Shown: positions 16,534 to 27,052, counted from the stretch's first letter. The stretch: 62,770 nt of DNA from an uncultured Candidatus Saccharibacteria bacterium (GCA_964348725.1 CAYGDG010000005.1:1-62770); one strand, 5' to 3'. Notes: generated from the letters alone by a model not told the origin. Program-made: numbers and translations.

Positions 16534-18786
16534 ATGTCAAAGAAAGAAAAATCTTCTACAAAAGAATCTAAGCGAGATACAAAAAAACCAAGCAACCTGA
16601 AAACCGAAACAAAGCACGGCATCGCGGCCGTCATATTTTTCGTGCTCGCTTTATTCTTATTCATGGCGGCATTCGGCATAGCGGGAACGGGAGGAAAGTT
16701 CGTATATACAAATTTATATTTCTTGCTCGGCTGGGGTTATGTGCTCTTGCCGGTGCTGTGCATTTTGCTCGGCATTTCTTTTGTGAAAAGCGAGCGCCCG
16801 AATATCGGACTGACCCGCACGCTCTCCGGCGCACTGTTCCTTTTCTCCGGCCTCGGCATCATACAAATAGCATCCGGCTTTCCGGAAACATCCGGCGGCG
16901 CGGGCGGATTTCTCGGCGAAGTAGCCGCTTCGCCGCTCGTATATTTATTTGATATGTATGCCGGCATTATCCTACTCGGCGCGCTCCTCATTATCTCGCT
17001 CCTCGTCATGTTTGACGCAAAGCCAGCGCTCATTCCATTCTTCAAAAATCTCTGGGAAGGCGCGGCGGAAAATAAGAAAAAACTGGATGAAAAATTGGAA
17101 GCCCTCGGCGAAGAGGATGAATACGAAATAACAGGAGTGGAAACGGAGGGTGCTCCCCCTGCGAAGGGGGAGATGCCGAAGGCAGAGGGGGTGAAAGAAA
17201 CAAAAGCACCCCTCCGCTCCGGCAAGCCGGAGCACCTCCCCTTAGCAGGGGAGGAAACCGAAGAAATGCCGATAAAGAAGCGCAAGCACAAAGAAGGCGA
17301 TTATGTTCCCCCGCCGCTCAATTTACTTGAAGAAGATTCGGGTAAGCCGAATACTGGTGATGTGAAAGCGAATGCGAATATCATCAAGCGCACTTTGGCA
17401 AACTTCGGCATTGAAGTAGAAATGGATGAAATCACCGTCGGCCCTTCCATCACTCGCTATGCATTAAAGCCGGCCGAAGGCGTGAAGCTCTCCCGCATTG
17501 TGGGCTTACAAAGTGACCTCGCCCTCGCCCTCGCCGCTCATCCCCTCCGCATTGAAGCTCCTATCCCGGGCAAATCATTGGTAGGTATTGAAATTCCAAA
17601 TAAAACAAAATCAACCGTCGGCCTCGCTACGCTCCTCGGTGATCCAAACTTCCAGAATTCCCCGAATCCCCTTACCATCGCCCTCGGCCGCGGCATTTCC
17701 GGCAAAGCTTCCTTTGGTAACTTGGCTAAAATGCCGCACGCCCTCATCGCGGGAACGACAGGCTCCGGAAAATCCGTTACTATTCACTCTGTCATTACTT
17801 CCCTGCTCTATAGAAATGGTCCGGATGAGCTGAAATTTATCATGGTGGACCCGAAGCGCGTGGAACTTACGCTATATAACAAGATTCCACACCTTTTGAC
17901 CCCTGTCATTACTGAAGCAAAGAAAACTATCCTTGCTCTCAAATGGGCGGCAAAAGAAATGGATCGCCGCTATGATATCTTGCAGGAAGAATCCGTGCGC
18001 GATATCACTTCGTATCATGAAGTGATTGCAAAAGGAGGAAAGAAAATGAAAAAGAATGCCGACGGCACTGAGACTGAAGTAGAACCAGACCGCATGCCGT
18101 ATATCGTCATTATTATAGACGAGCTCGCTGACATCATGATCGCCTACCCGCGCGAACTGGAAAGCGCTATTGTACGCCTGGCTCAAATGTCCCGCGCTGT
18201 GGGCATACACCTTATATTGTCTACCCAGCGTCCGGAAGTGAATGTCATCACTGGCCTCATCAAGGCGAACGTGCCGGCTCGCGTCGCCCTGAAAGTATCT
18301 TCCCAAATAGATTCGCGCACTATATTAGATGCCGGCGGCGCAGAAAAATTGCTCGGTCAGGGAGACATGCTCTATTCTTCGGGCCAAGCCCAGCCGGAGC
18401 GCTTGCAGTCAGCCTACATTACAGAAACAGAAGTGAAGAAAGTCGTAAAATATCTTGCTGATGCGTACAGAGATGAAATTAGCGATGAGATAAATATGAC
18501 TGCCGGCGGCCTCTCGGCTGACAAGAGCATTTTTGAAAGCACATTGGATGATGAAGATGGTGAAGACGATGACGAAATGTATGAAGAAGCGAGGCAGACG
18601 GTCATAGAAGCCGGCAAAGCATCCACTTCATTCCTCCAGCGCAAATTAAAACTCGGCTATGCTCGTGCCGCTCGCCTGATGGATATCCTTGAAGAGCGCG
18701 GCGTCATCGGCCCCGGCGACGGCGCCAAGCCGCGTGAAGTATTGGAGCGAATTGACCGTACGGAAACCGGTGAAAATATAATGTAA
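16534..18786 (+). CDS. ftsK: DNA translocase FtsK/SpoIIIE
   Basis: N-terminal TM helices, IAGTTGSGKS Walker A, IIIDELAD, STQRP, gamma domain ASTSFLQRKLKLGYARAARLMD. Confidence 0.97.
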   Translation: MSKKEKSSTKESKRDTKKPSNLKTETKHGIAAVIFFVLALFLFMAAFGIAGTGGKFVYTNLYFLLGWGYVLLPVLCILLGISFVKSERPNIGLTRTLSGALFLFSGLGIIQIASGFPETSGGAGGFLGEVAASPLVYLFDMYAGIILLGALLIISLLVMFDAKPALIPFFKNLWEGAAENKKKLDEKLEALGEEDEYEITGVETEGAPPAKGEMPKAEGVKETKAPLRSGKPEHLPLAGEETEEMPIKKRKHKEGDYVPPPLNLLEEDSGKPNTGDVKANANIIKRTLANFGIEVEMDEITVGPSITRYALKPAEGVKLSRIVGLQSDLALALAAHPLRIEAPIPGKSLVGIEIPNKTKSTVGLATLLGDPNFQNSPNPLTIALGRGISGKASFGNLAKMPHALIAGTTGSGKSVTIHSVITSLLYRNGPDELKFIMVDPKRVELTLYNKIPHLLTPVITEAKKTILALKWAAKEMDRRYDILQEESVRDITSYHEVIAKGGKKMKKNADGTETEVEPDRMPYIVIIIDELADIMIAYPRELESAIVRLAQMSRAVGIHLILSTQRPEVNVITGLIKANVPARVALKVSSQIDSRTILDAGGAEKLLGQGDMLYSSGQAQPERLQSAYITETEVKKVVKYLADAYRDEISDEINMTAGGLSADKSIFESTLDDEDGEDDDEMYEEARQTVIEAGKASTSFLQRKLKLGYARAARLMDILEERGVIGPGDGAKPREVLERIDRTETGENIM

Positions 18787-18789
18787 CCA

Positions 18790-18826
18790 GAGGCAAGACC
18801 TCCCGTGTGAGGTCTTGCCTCACACA
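18790..18826. repeat. REP-like palindrome family B
   Basis: GAGGCAAGACCTC-CCGTGT-GAGGTCTTGCCTC immediately after the ftsK stop. Confidence 0.85.
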
Positions 18827-18829
18827 AAC

Positions 18830-19246
18830 ATGAATCAAGACGCAAAGAAAGCATTCAAAATAATCGGCGTAATCCTCCTTTTTCTGCTCATCGCTGTATA
18901 CGCTTTCTTCCGCTCGCGCGAGCTCATTTTCGGCGTACAAATCAAAGATGTGAATATTACGGACGGCGCCACATATACAGAAAGCATCGTGCATGTGACC
19001 GGCCGGGCCAAAAATGCTTTAAAATTAACCTTGGATGGACGAGAAATATCCATAGATCAAGAGGGAAATTTTGACGAGACAATCGCCCTGCTTTCAGGGT
19101 ATAATATCATAGCCATAGAAGCTCTCGATAAGTTCGGGCATGTCGATATTAAAAATTATCAGTTAATGTATGAAGCAGAAGTTAGTTTTCCGAACGGTCT
19201 GGCCCCGACTACTGTCGGGGAAAACCGAGGACCTGAGGAAAATTAA
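18830..19246 (+). CDS. Membrane-anchored Ig-like (glucodextranase domain B-like) protein
   Basis: TM helix then VTGRAKNA..LTLDGREISIDQEGNF.ETIALLSGYNII.IEA.DKFG; start refined to MNQDAKK. Confidence 0.75.
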   Translation: MNQDAKKAFKIIGVILLFLLIAVYAFFRSRELIFGVQIKDVNITDGATYTESIVHVTGRAKNALKLTLDGREISIDQEGNFDETIALLSGYNIIAIEALDKFGHVDIKNYQLMYEAEVSFPNGLAPTTVGENRGPEEN

Positions 19247-19261
19247 CTTCTGCGAAACAAT

Positions 19262-20317
19262 ATGAAAGCAAAAAAAGAAAAAGTATTAAAAAGCGTCGGC
19301 AATAAAGCGATAGAAGATACTATCCGCTCTATTCAGACGAAATTCGGCGAAGGCTCCATCATGAAGCTCGGCGATTCACCGAAAGTTGATATCAACGTCA
19401 TCCCCACCGGCTCCATCGGTTTGGATATGGCACTCGGCGTCGGCGGCCTTCCCCGCGGACGCGTCATAGAAATATTCGGCCCTGAATCTTCAGGAAAAAC
19501 GACGCTCACCCTACACGTCATCGCTGAAGCGCAGAAAAAAGGCGGCATCTGCGCCTTCATAGATGCCGAACATGCCATGGATCCCGAATACGCCAAAAAA
19601 CTCGGCGTGAAAATAGAAGACTTGCTCATCTCCCAGCCGGACACCGGCGAGCAGGGGCTTGAAATCTGTGACTCCCTCGTGCGCTCGGGAAAAATTGACG
19701 TCATCGTCATAGACTCCGTGGCCGCCCTCACTCCGAAAGACGAAATAGAAGGCGACATGGGCGCGCACCATGTGGGCAAACAGGCTCGCCTCATGAGCCA
19801 GGCGCTCAGGAAGCTCACTGCCATCGTCGCCCGCACCAAGACCGTCGTCATTTTCATAAACCAGATCCGCATGCAGATCGGCGTGATGTTCGGCAATCCG
19901 GAAACGACAACCGGCGGCAAGGCGCTGAAATTTTACACCTCCGTGCGCTTGGACATCCGCCGCATCGCGTCCATCAAGAAAGGCGAAGAGACCGTCGGCG
20001 CGCGCACCCGCGTGAAAGTGGTAAAGAACAAAGTGGCCTCCCCTTTCAAGCAGACGGAATTTGATATCATCTACGGCGAAGGTATTTCCCGCGAAGGCGA
20101 GCTCATGGCTCTCGGCGAGAAGCTCGGCCTGGTAGAAAAATCCGGCGCGTCGTATTCATACAAAGGCAAAGACGGCAAAGTACCGATGGGCCGCGGCTAT
20201 GACGCCACCCGCACTTGGCTTCGCGAGAACTCAAAGGTCTCCAAAGAAATAGAAAAAGAAGTCCGTAAAAGCTTCGGCTCCATCCAGCCCGCCGCTCCGG
20301 TGAATGAAGAGGAATAA
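19262..20317 (+). CDS. recA: Recombinase RecA
   Basis: [31 protein letters not shown]. Confidence 0.99.
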   Translation: MKAKKEKVLKSVGNKAIEDTIRSIQTKFGEGSIMKLGDSPKVDINVIPTGSIGLDMALGVGGLPRGRVIEIFGPESSGKTTLTLHVIAEAQKKGGICAFIDAEHAMDPEYAKKLGVKIEDLLISQPDTGEQGLEICDSLVRSGKIDVIVIDSVAALTPKDEIEGDMGAHHVGKQARLMSQALRKLTAIVARTKTVVIFINQIRMQIGVMFGNPETTTGGKALKFYTSVRLDIRRIASIKKGEETVGARTRVKVVKNKVASPFKQTEFDIIYGEGISREGELMALGEKLGLVEKSGASYSYKGKDGKVPMGRGYDATRTWLRENSKVSKEIEKEVRKSFGSIQPAAPVNEEE

Positions 20318-20327
20318 ATAAGTCTTG

Positions 20328-20356
20328 AAAAATCCTGCTTAAAGCAGGATTTTTCT
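20328..20356. terminator. Terminator after recA
   Basis: AAAATCCTGCTT-A-AAGCAGGATTTT. Confidence 0.75.
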
Positions 20357-20417
20357 TACTCTTATGGATTTTATTAAGAAAAAATGATATAGTGATAAAA
20401 ACTAATATATATCTGCC

Positions 20418-20768
20418 ATGGAACACAAACCGGAAAATAGAACTGAAAAACAGCAAGTGGTAGATTTTATTATAGACCACTTGAAAAAGAACAGCAGTAA
20501 AAACATTCAGGAAGAAAAAGTGGTATTTGCCGCCGATCCTGAAAGAACTTTTGATGCGTACCTCGTTGTTGATAAATATCCTAAAGGAATGGTATTAGTT
20601 GAAAACAGGGATATTAAATCTTATAAGAACGTGGAGGAACTTTTCACTCCCCAGGAACTTAAAAATGCGATGCTCGCGGCAGAAGAAAAGTTTGGTCAAT
20701 TTACTGTCAAAAAAAATGTTTTGGGATTTCCTGAGATTTTGAACGGGGGGAAACAAAACTTAAATTAA
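20418..20768 (+). CDS. Hypothetical protein
   Basis: 116-aa ORF filling an otherwise AT-rich gap. Confidence 0.55.
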   Translation: MEHKPENRTEKQQVVDFIIDHLKKNSSKNIQEEKVVFAADPERTFDAYLVVDKYPKGMVLVENRDIKSYKNVEELFTPQELKNAMLAAEEKFGQFTVKKNVLGFPEILNGGKQNLN

Positions 20769-20838
20769 TCCTGTACTGATAGCAAGGTACGGGATTTTTA
20801 TTTGCCTAAAAACGATTTTCTGCTAATATATAGGAATT

Positions 20839-21420
20839 ATGGCACAATTAGAATACAGCGAAATACGAGGCGGAAAAATTATCATTCATGGCGACGAGCC
20901 TTGCGAGGTTGTAGACAGCCACGTGGCGAGAACCCAGCAGAGGAAGCCGCAAAACCAGGTAAAGCTCAAGAGCCTCATCTCCGGCAAGGTCTTCCCCGCC
21001 ACCTATCACGTCTCCGACAAGGCGGACGAAGCGGATATCTCCAAGCGCGAAGTAAAATTTCTTTTCCATAATAAAGGCGAGTATTGGTTCTGCTCCCCTA
21101 CCGATCCTGCAGACAGATTCAAGCTTGACGAAGCACTCCTCGGCAACACCGTAAAATTTCTGAAAGCGAACGAGGTAGTCTCCGCCCTCATCTGGACGGA
21201 CGATGAAGACGAAGAAAAAACCATCGGCCTGAAGCTTCCAATCAAGATGCAATTTAAAGTAAAAGAAGCTCCTCCAGCCGTCCGCGGCGACACCTCCAAA
21301 GGCGGAAACAAACTCATCGTCCTTGAAAACGGCGCGACTATCACCACTCCGATGTTCATCAACGAAGGTGATACTGTGATCATTAATACTGAGACGAATG
21401 AATACGTAGAGAGAGCGTAA
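20839..21420 (+). CDS. efp: Elongation factor P
   Basis: FLFHNKGEYWF, LPIKMQFKVKEAPPAVRGDT, PMFINEGDTVIINTETNEYVER. Confidence 0.93.
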   Translation: MAQLEYSEIRGGKIIIHGDEPCEVVDSHVARTQQRKPQNQVKLKSLISGKVFPATYHVSDKADEADISKREVKFLFHNKGEYWFCSPTDPADRFKLDEALLGNTVKFLKANEVVSALIWTDDEDEEKTIGLKLPIKMQFKVKEAPPAVRGDTSKGGNKLIVLENGATITTPMFINEGDTVIINTETNEYVERA

Positions 21421-21471
21421 CGCCCCACCCCTGACCCCTCCCCATTTTTTATAAAAATAGAGAGGGGAAAT

Positions 21472-21507
21472 AAAAAAAAATCCCCGAACTTACCGTTCGG
21501 GGATTTT
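21472..21507. terminator. Bidirectional terminator between efp and the collagen gene
   Basis: AAAAAAAAATCCCCGAAC-TTACC-GTTCGGGGATTTT. Confidence 0.8.
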
Positions 21508-21523
21508 ACATTTGGAGATTTTT

Positions 21524-24500
21524 TTACTTTCTCTTAAGCTCTTCAATCTCCTTTTGAAGTGCTTCGATCATCTTCTGCTGTTCCTGCATGGCTTTCACCA
21601 TCGGCACAACAAATTCCGCGTAGCGCAATCCGTAGAAATCATTCTCATTCTTCGGAGCATCTACTCCGCTAAAATCATAACCGATTTCTTTGGCTGTTTG
21701 TTCTACCTCCTGCGCGATGAATCCGGATTGAAGGATTGCTCCTTTCAATTTTTCCGAATCTTTCAAGCGCAAGCTGTCCGGCGTACCCAGCTCCCTCGCA
21801 ATGGCATCCATATCAAGGTGATATGTCACCGGTCGTAGTTTCGTGATGAATTCCAAACCTGGCACTTCTGCTTTGATGTCCTTTTTAAAACGAACATCAG
21901 AAACATTCGTCCAGTTTGCGAATCCTCCGATTGAGGAAACAGATGCATCGCCCAAACGAATTTGGTCGCTGGCTGTGATATCAGTGTAGGCACCAAGAGC
22001 AGTGGAGTTGGAATAATTAGTCCCAAAAGGAAATGCCGAAGTTCCTAACGCTGTGTTAAATAAACCAGTCGTATTATTCTGAAGCGCAGCCCATCCGATT
22101 CCGGTGTTGTAACTACCAGTAGTATTACTAGATAAAGCATCATAACCAGAGGCAGTATTTCCATCTCCTGATAAATTACTACTCAATGAATTAAATCCAT
22201 TAGCGGTATTATTTGAACCAGTTGTATTTGAAAACATTGCCAAACATCCATTAACAGAATTAGTCTGTCCGCTTGTATTATTATACAAAGCAGAAGTTCC
22301 AACACCAATGTTGAAACCCCCATCAATATTTTGCCACAAAGAATATGCTCCATTAGCAACATTTCCGCCACCGGTTGTGTTGGAATTAAGTGCTAGATAT
22401 CCAGCCGATACATTAAATGTTCCGTCTGTGTTAGATCCCAGAGCAGCAAAACCTGTGGCAGTATTAAAGTTTCCAATAGTATTAGATACCAATGCTGAAA
22501 CCCCCAAAGCAGTGTTGCAAAATCCAGTAGTATTACTCATAAGTGCTTGATTACCCACTGCTGTATTAGAAGCACCGGTAGTGTTCGCAAATAGTGCAGT
22601 AGAACCAACAGCGGTATTCCAGTTTCCCGTTGTGTTTGAATAAATTGCTTTCCATCCAATACCTGTATTATAACCACCTGTGGTATTTGAATAAAGCGCT
22701 TCATTTCCAAAACCAGAATTGGCATTTCCACTTGTATTGGAATAAAGTGATCCGGAACCAAATGCAGATTCTCCGCTTCCATCTATATTAGAATAGAGTG
22801 AAAGAAACCCAACAGAAACATTATTAGCCCCTATTGTATTTGAAGCCGAAGATCCACTTCCTAGTGCAGTATTCTGACTGCCTGTACTGTTTTGATTAAG
22901 AGCATTACTTCCTATTGCGGTATTTTCAAACCCTGTAGTGTTGTTCATAAGAGACCAACGACCAACAGCTGTATTCCCCCAACCAGAAGTATTTTGCATT
23001 CCAGCAAGAGCACCAATAAAAACACTGGTACCACCATTAGAAGGATTCTCATTTTCACCAGCAAGTGCGCCGATGTAAATAGCGTCGTTACTATTGGTAG
23101 GAACAAATTGTCCTTTAGTCGTAATACTCCAACGAACAGAATTATTAGTTCGGAAATCAATCGGTTGATTGTCTATCGTTCCAATGAAGTTCGTACCTGA
23201 AGTCGTTCCAGAATTTCCAAAAAGTCCCCAGGCATTTTCTGCTCCATCGGCACCAGTTGCACCAGTTTGACCTGTTGCACCGTTTGCGCCATCTAGTCCA
23301 TCAATGCCATCGACACCATCAGTTCCATTAATACCAGCTAAACCCGTATTTCCTGTAGAACCAGTTGGGCCCGTCGCACCGTTTATTCCAGCAGAACCTG
23401 TGGCTCCAGTATTTCCTTGCGCGCCTGTTGAACCATCAAGACCGTTGGTTCCGTTTACACCAGTTGCACCAGTATTACCCGTTGCACCAGTGACGCCGTT
23501 TGTGCCATTTGTCCCAGGAGTTCCCGTCGCGCCGGTGTTACCATTCACTCCGTTAATTCCGTCAGTTCCGTTCACGCCCGCAATTCCTTGCGCGCCTGTT
23601 GAACCAGTGGAACCATTCAGACCATCAACGCCATTCGTACCGTCCATTCCCGGAATTCCAGTCGCTCCAGTGTTACCCGTCGCTCCGTCTATTCCAGCAG
23701 AACCAGTCGGACCAGTAGCTCCGACAGAACCTGTAGCTCCAGTTTCACCTGTGCTTCCATTTGCTCCATCTGAACCATTGATTCCATTGTTGCCAGTTGC
23801 ACCAGTAATACCATCTAGTCCATTAGTACCATTTAATCCAGCCACACCATCAGTACCATTTGTTCCGTCAGTCCCCGAAGGTCCGGTCGGTCCCATTGCG
23901 CCGTTCGTGCCGTTCAATCCATCAATGCCATTTAATCCTGCGGTACCTGTAGCTCCGGTATTACCCATCGCTCCGTTTAATCCAGCAGAACCAGTTACAC
24001 CAGTATTTCCTGTTGCACCATTTATACCAGCAAGACCATCTGAACCATTCAGTCCATTTGCTCCTGTCGGTCCAATGCCACCGTTTGTACCATTCATACC
24101 ATTATTGCCAGTCGGACCTTGCGATCCATTTACACCAGCTACTCCGGTATTTCCTGTAGCGCCAGTTGTGCCATTAGTCCCGTTAATGCCCGCAATTCCT
24201 GTTAATCCAATTGGACCAACATTTCCTTGCAAACCAATTGCGCCTTGCGAACCAGTTGCACCAGTATTTCCATTTATACCATTGACGCCATTTGCGCCGG
24301 TTGGACCTGTAACACCAGTAGAACCATTTACTCCATTCACACCATTTGAACCAGTCGGTCCGGGTGTTCCGGGAGTTCCTGAACTTTCAGCATACAAAGC
24401 ATATGGAACAGAAACAAACTGAACAATTCCTAAAAGGAAATAACTTCCAGTGCCGAAAAAATCGATTTCAACTTGAAACCATTTTTCTCCCTGACTCCAT

Positions 24501-24784
24501 ACAATAGAAGAAAAATCTCCAGTAACTGGAGATCCCATTCCTATTTGTACAGTAAATAATCCGTACTGATTTGTGACTACACTGTGTTTTTCTGAATATA
24601 TGATATTTCCCGAAGGAGATACATCTCTTATACTCATCAAAATTTCAACAGTTTGATAATAAAACACTGTGCCGGAAGATGTTCTAGCGACAGCTTGATA
24701 ATTGATAGCCTGTGGTGCTTGCGCCTGTACAGAATTGATAACGATGCAAAGCATCAATGCGAGAGAAGAGATGATTGTTTTCAT
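21524..24784 (-). CDS. Collagen-like surface protein with NTAxG repeats and C-terminal peptidase S74 (intramolecular chaperone) domain
   Basis: APQAINYQAVAR...SVPYALYA head; ~125 GXY triplets (23240-24379); NTAVG..AL..NTTG repeats; SDVRFKKDI...GFIAQEV...LRYAEFVVPMVKAMQE. Confidence 0.9.
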   Translation of the reverse strand: MKTIISSLALMLCIVINSVQAQAPQAINYQAVARTSSGTVFYYQTVEILMSIRDVSPSGNIIYSEKHSVVTNQYGLFTVQIGMGSPVTGDFSSIVWSQGEKWFQVEIDFFGTGSYFLLGIVQFVSVPYALYAESSGTPGTPGPTGSNGVNGVNGSTGVTGPTGANGVNGINGNTGATGSQGAIGLQGNVGPIGLTGIAGINGTNGTTGATGNTGVAGVNGSQGPTGNNGMNGTNGGIGPTGANGLNGSDGLAGINGATGNTGVTGSAGLNGAMGNTGATGTAGLNGIDGLNGTNGAMGPTGPSGTDGTNGTDGVAGLNGTNGLDGITGATGNNGINGSDGANGSTGETGATGSVGATGPTGSAGIDGATGNTGATGIPGMDGTNGVDGLNGSTGSTGAQGIAGVNGTDGINGVNGNTGATGTPGTNGTNGVTGATGNTGATGVNGTNGLDGSTGAQGNTGATGSAGINGATGPTGSTGNTGLAGINGTDGVDGIDGLDGANGATGQTGATGADGAENAWGLFGNSGTTSGTNFIGTIDNQPIDFRTNNSVRWSITTKGQFVPTNSNDAIYIGALAGENENPSNGGTSVFIGALAGMQNTSGWGNTAVGRWSLMNNTTGFENTAIGSNALNQNSTGSQNTALGSGSSASNTIGANNVSVGFLSLYSNIDGSGESAFGSGSLYSNTSGNANSGFGNEALYSNTTGGYNTGIGWKAIYSNTTGNWNTAVGSTALFANTTGASNTAVGNQALMSNTTGFCNTALGVSALVSNTIGNFNTATGFAALGSNTDGTFNVSAGYLALNSNTTGGGNVANGAYSLWQNIDGGFNIGVGTSALYNNTSGQTNSVNGCLAMFSNTTGSNNTANGFNSLSSNLSGDGNTASGYDALSSNTTGSYNTGIGWAALQNNTTGLFNTALGTSAFPFGTNYSNSTALGAYTDITASDQIRLGDASVSSIGGFANWTNVSDVRFKKDIKAEVPGLEFITKLRPVTYHLDMDAIARELGTPDSLRLKDSEKLKGAILQSGFIAQEVEQTAKEIGYDFSGVDAPKNENDFYGLRYAEFVVPMVKAMQEQQKMIEALQKEIEELKRK

Positions 24785-24948
24785 GTGTATTGAGTTTAGT
24801 GGTTTTTGTAAAGTTAGTTATCCCACATTTCCATGCGTTGGAAATTAAAGATAACTAACCTTATGCAAGCCAAAAAACCCTTATTTCAATGAGCAAAATA
24901 CGCCTAAAATACTATCACAAAAAGTGATTTGTGTCAAATTTTTTAAAA

Positions 24949-26262
24949 TTAGATTGAGACCGGCTGAGAGCCCAGGAAATTCGAGAAATTCTTTGTGAAA
25001 TATGCCCAGTCGGATGCGAGGAATTTGCTTACAGCTTCGTTTACAGCCGCGCGATTGTCTTCAGGATTATTTTTCATATATGCTTCCATTTCGCCGTTTT
25101 TAGAAGACATGTACAGCATGCCGTATACTCCCTCCCCACCGGATTCGCCGTTTATGATGAGGACCTTTTCTTCTACCTGGCTCAAGAGTGAAACGATGAC
25201 GTTCTTATCAAGTTCAGCCTTTACGGAAGCGGCAGTGGCTTCGCCTTTTGGCATTGTGCCATCCTTGGTCTCAACCAGAAGCATAGCTGACTCAAAAGGC
25301 ATCATACGCGCATCACCATTTACAGCCGCGCTTTCTCCATCTTCAGTCTGAACATTCTGCTGTGATTGCTGAAGTGCATCCATTCCTTTTTGGCGAGCGA
25401 CACTCAAAGATGTCAGCACAATGCCGGCCAGAATTCCGATCGGGATAAGAGTAATAAAAGCGATAATAAGCCACTTTAACCAGCCATTTAATTTCATTTT
25501 GAAATTACCAAAATTGTCTTTCATCGCAACATACATTGTCGTAAGGAAAGTAAGCAAGAACAACCATATAGGAGCATTAAGCACATATTGGACGAGCTGA
25601 TAAGAAAGATTTTCATCATTGAGATCAACACCAAAAATGAAGACACTTGCAAGTAGAATCGGTATAGAGATAAGTGCCGGTATAAGCGCCGCACCCATAA
25701 AGTAGAAAAATACTTTCCATTTGTTGCCGTAAGTCAGCTCCCAGCTCCTTTTCAAAGCACTCATGCCTTTTTTGTCTTCAAAGAAGAGCGTTTGTAGAGA
25801 AAAAACCCAGCCATACATATATTTATACAGGGCGATGAACCCGATAAACATAAAGGGAATTATAAAAAGCCCTATAATATCTATTTTTACACCTGCAAGG
25901 GTAAGAATTCCCAAAATGATAAGCGGTATGCCTACCCACTTTAACATCTGCCATAAAAGCATGCCGATGAATACCAGCCCAACCCACATCATCTGCCAGA
26001 ATTTGCTGAAATATATTTTGAAAGATCCAGCAAATGGATTGCTTTCTCCTTTCAGTTTCCTGCCAGCCACTATCACGACATACGAAAAAGCAAATGCATT
26101 AATAAGAGGTATCGCTAACGCTATTAAAAGCAAAATAGTAGAAAGTACTTGGTCTTTAAACAAAGACTTTATTACTCCCCAGCTTTGCGACAAAACAGAA
26201 CGAAAAGTGATAAGCTTCTCCGTTCCAGCACCTGATTCTTGTATATTTTCCATAGGCTTCAT
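24949..26262 (-). CDS. Multi-pass membrane protein with internal pilin-like helix and soluble C-terminal domain (start uncertain)
   Basis: About 7 TM segments, then IGILAGIVLTSLSVARQKG. Confidence 0.7.
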   Translation of the reverse strand: MKPMENIQESGAGTEKLITFRSVLSQSWGVIKSLFKDQVLSTILLLIALAIPLINAFAFSYVVIVAGRKLKGESNPFAGSFKIYFSKFWQMMWVGLVFIGMLLWQMLKWVGIPLIILGILTLAGVKIDIIGLFIIPFMFIGFIALYKYMYGWVFSLQTLFFEDKKGMSALKRSWELTYGNKWKVFFYFMGAALIPALISIPILLASVFIFGVDLNDENLSYQLVQYVLNAPIWLFLLTFLTTMYVAMKDNFGNFKMKLNGWLKWLIIAFITLIPIGILAGIVLTSLSVARQKGMDALQQSQQNVQTEDGESAAVNGDARMMPFESAMLLVETKDGTMPKGEATAASVKAELDKNVIVSLLSQVEEKVLIINGESGGEGVYGMLYMSSKNGEMEAYMKNNPEDNRAAVNEAVSKFLASDWAYFTKNFSNFLGSQPVSI

Positions 26263-26325
26263 TGTATTTGATTTACCTAAAAAAGGCAACAAAAAAACCT
26301 CCCGAAGGAGGCTTTTTTATATGGC

Positions 26326-26526
26326 TTATTTAGCTACGAAAGGCAGAAGTCCAAAGAAACGGGCGCGCTTGACCGCGAGGGTGAGCTGGCGCTGATTCTT
26401 GGAAGTGGTGCCGGAGCGCTTGTGGCTCACGATCTTGCCGCTCTGGTTCAAAAACTTCTTCAGGATTTCTACATCCTTATAGTCTATGTGTTTTATGTTG
26501 TTTGCTGAAAAGTAATCTTGTTTCAT
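26326..26526 (-). CDS. rpsR: 30S ribosomal protein S18
   Basis: [17 protein letters not shown]...SGT..KNQR....AVKRARF.GLLP. Confidence 0.97.
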   Translation of the reverse strand: MKQDYFSANNIKHIDYKDVEILKKFLNQSGKIVSHKRSGTTSKNQRQLTLAVKRARFFGLLPFVAK

Positions 26527-26546
26527 ATATTTTTAATTAATGGCGA

Positions 26547-27005
26547 TTAAAACGGAATGTCTTCTGGGTTGATGTCTTCTTCCGGATACTCTATGCTATC
26601 TACTTCTTCGAGGCTCTGCGGGCTGTTTGCTGTGCCGTTTGATGCAGGCGCTCCTCCTGTTCCTGCACCTGTTCCCGTACCTCTTGGTCCAAATTGCGTG
26701 CGGTCGGCGACTATCTCGGTGCGGTATTTTTTATTGCCGTCCTTATCATCCCAGCTCCTTGTCTGCATCCGACCTTCCACCAGCATGGATGAGCCCTTTT
26801 TCATATACTGGGCGACTGTTTCCGCTTGGCGTCCGAACACCACGACATTGTGGTAGTCCGCGCTCTCCTGCTTTGCACCGTTCTTGTCTTTCCAGACGCG
26901 ATTGGTAGCGAGAGAGAACGAACACACCTTGATTCCCGAAGGAAGGGCGCGCAGTTCAGGGTCGCGGGTGAGGTTTCCTATTACAATTGCTTTGTTTAGA
27001 TACAT
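26547..27005 (-). CDS. ssb: Single-stranded DNA-binding protein
   Basis: NKAIVIGNLTRDPE, VEGRMQTRSW, acidic tail EDIPF. Confidence 0.98.
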   Translation of the reverse strand: MYLNKAIVIGNLTRDPELRALPSGIKVCSFSLATNRVWKDKNGAKQESADYHNVVVFGRQAETVAQYMKKGSSMLVEGRMQTRSWDDKDGNKKYRTEIVADRTQFGPRGTGTGAGTGGAPASNGTANSPQSLEEVDSIEYPEEDINPEDIPF

Positions 27006-27052
27006 GTTTTATTTTTTGGGGGCTGATTTCGCGAACCTCAATTATTTTTAAT

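Noticed and set aside
23304-24422. 372-aa Pro/Val-rich plus-strand ORF
   Set aside because: Antisense shadow of the GXY collagen repeat
24817-24828. TTATCCCACA upstream of the collagen gene as a fourth DnaA box
   Set aside because: Has an extra C and the opposite orientation to the three promoter boxes
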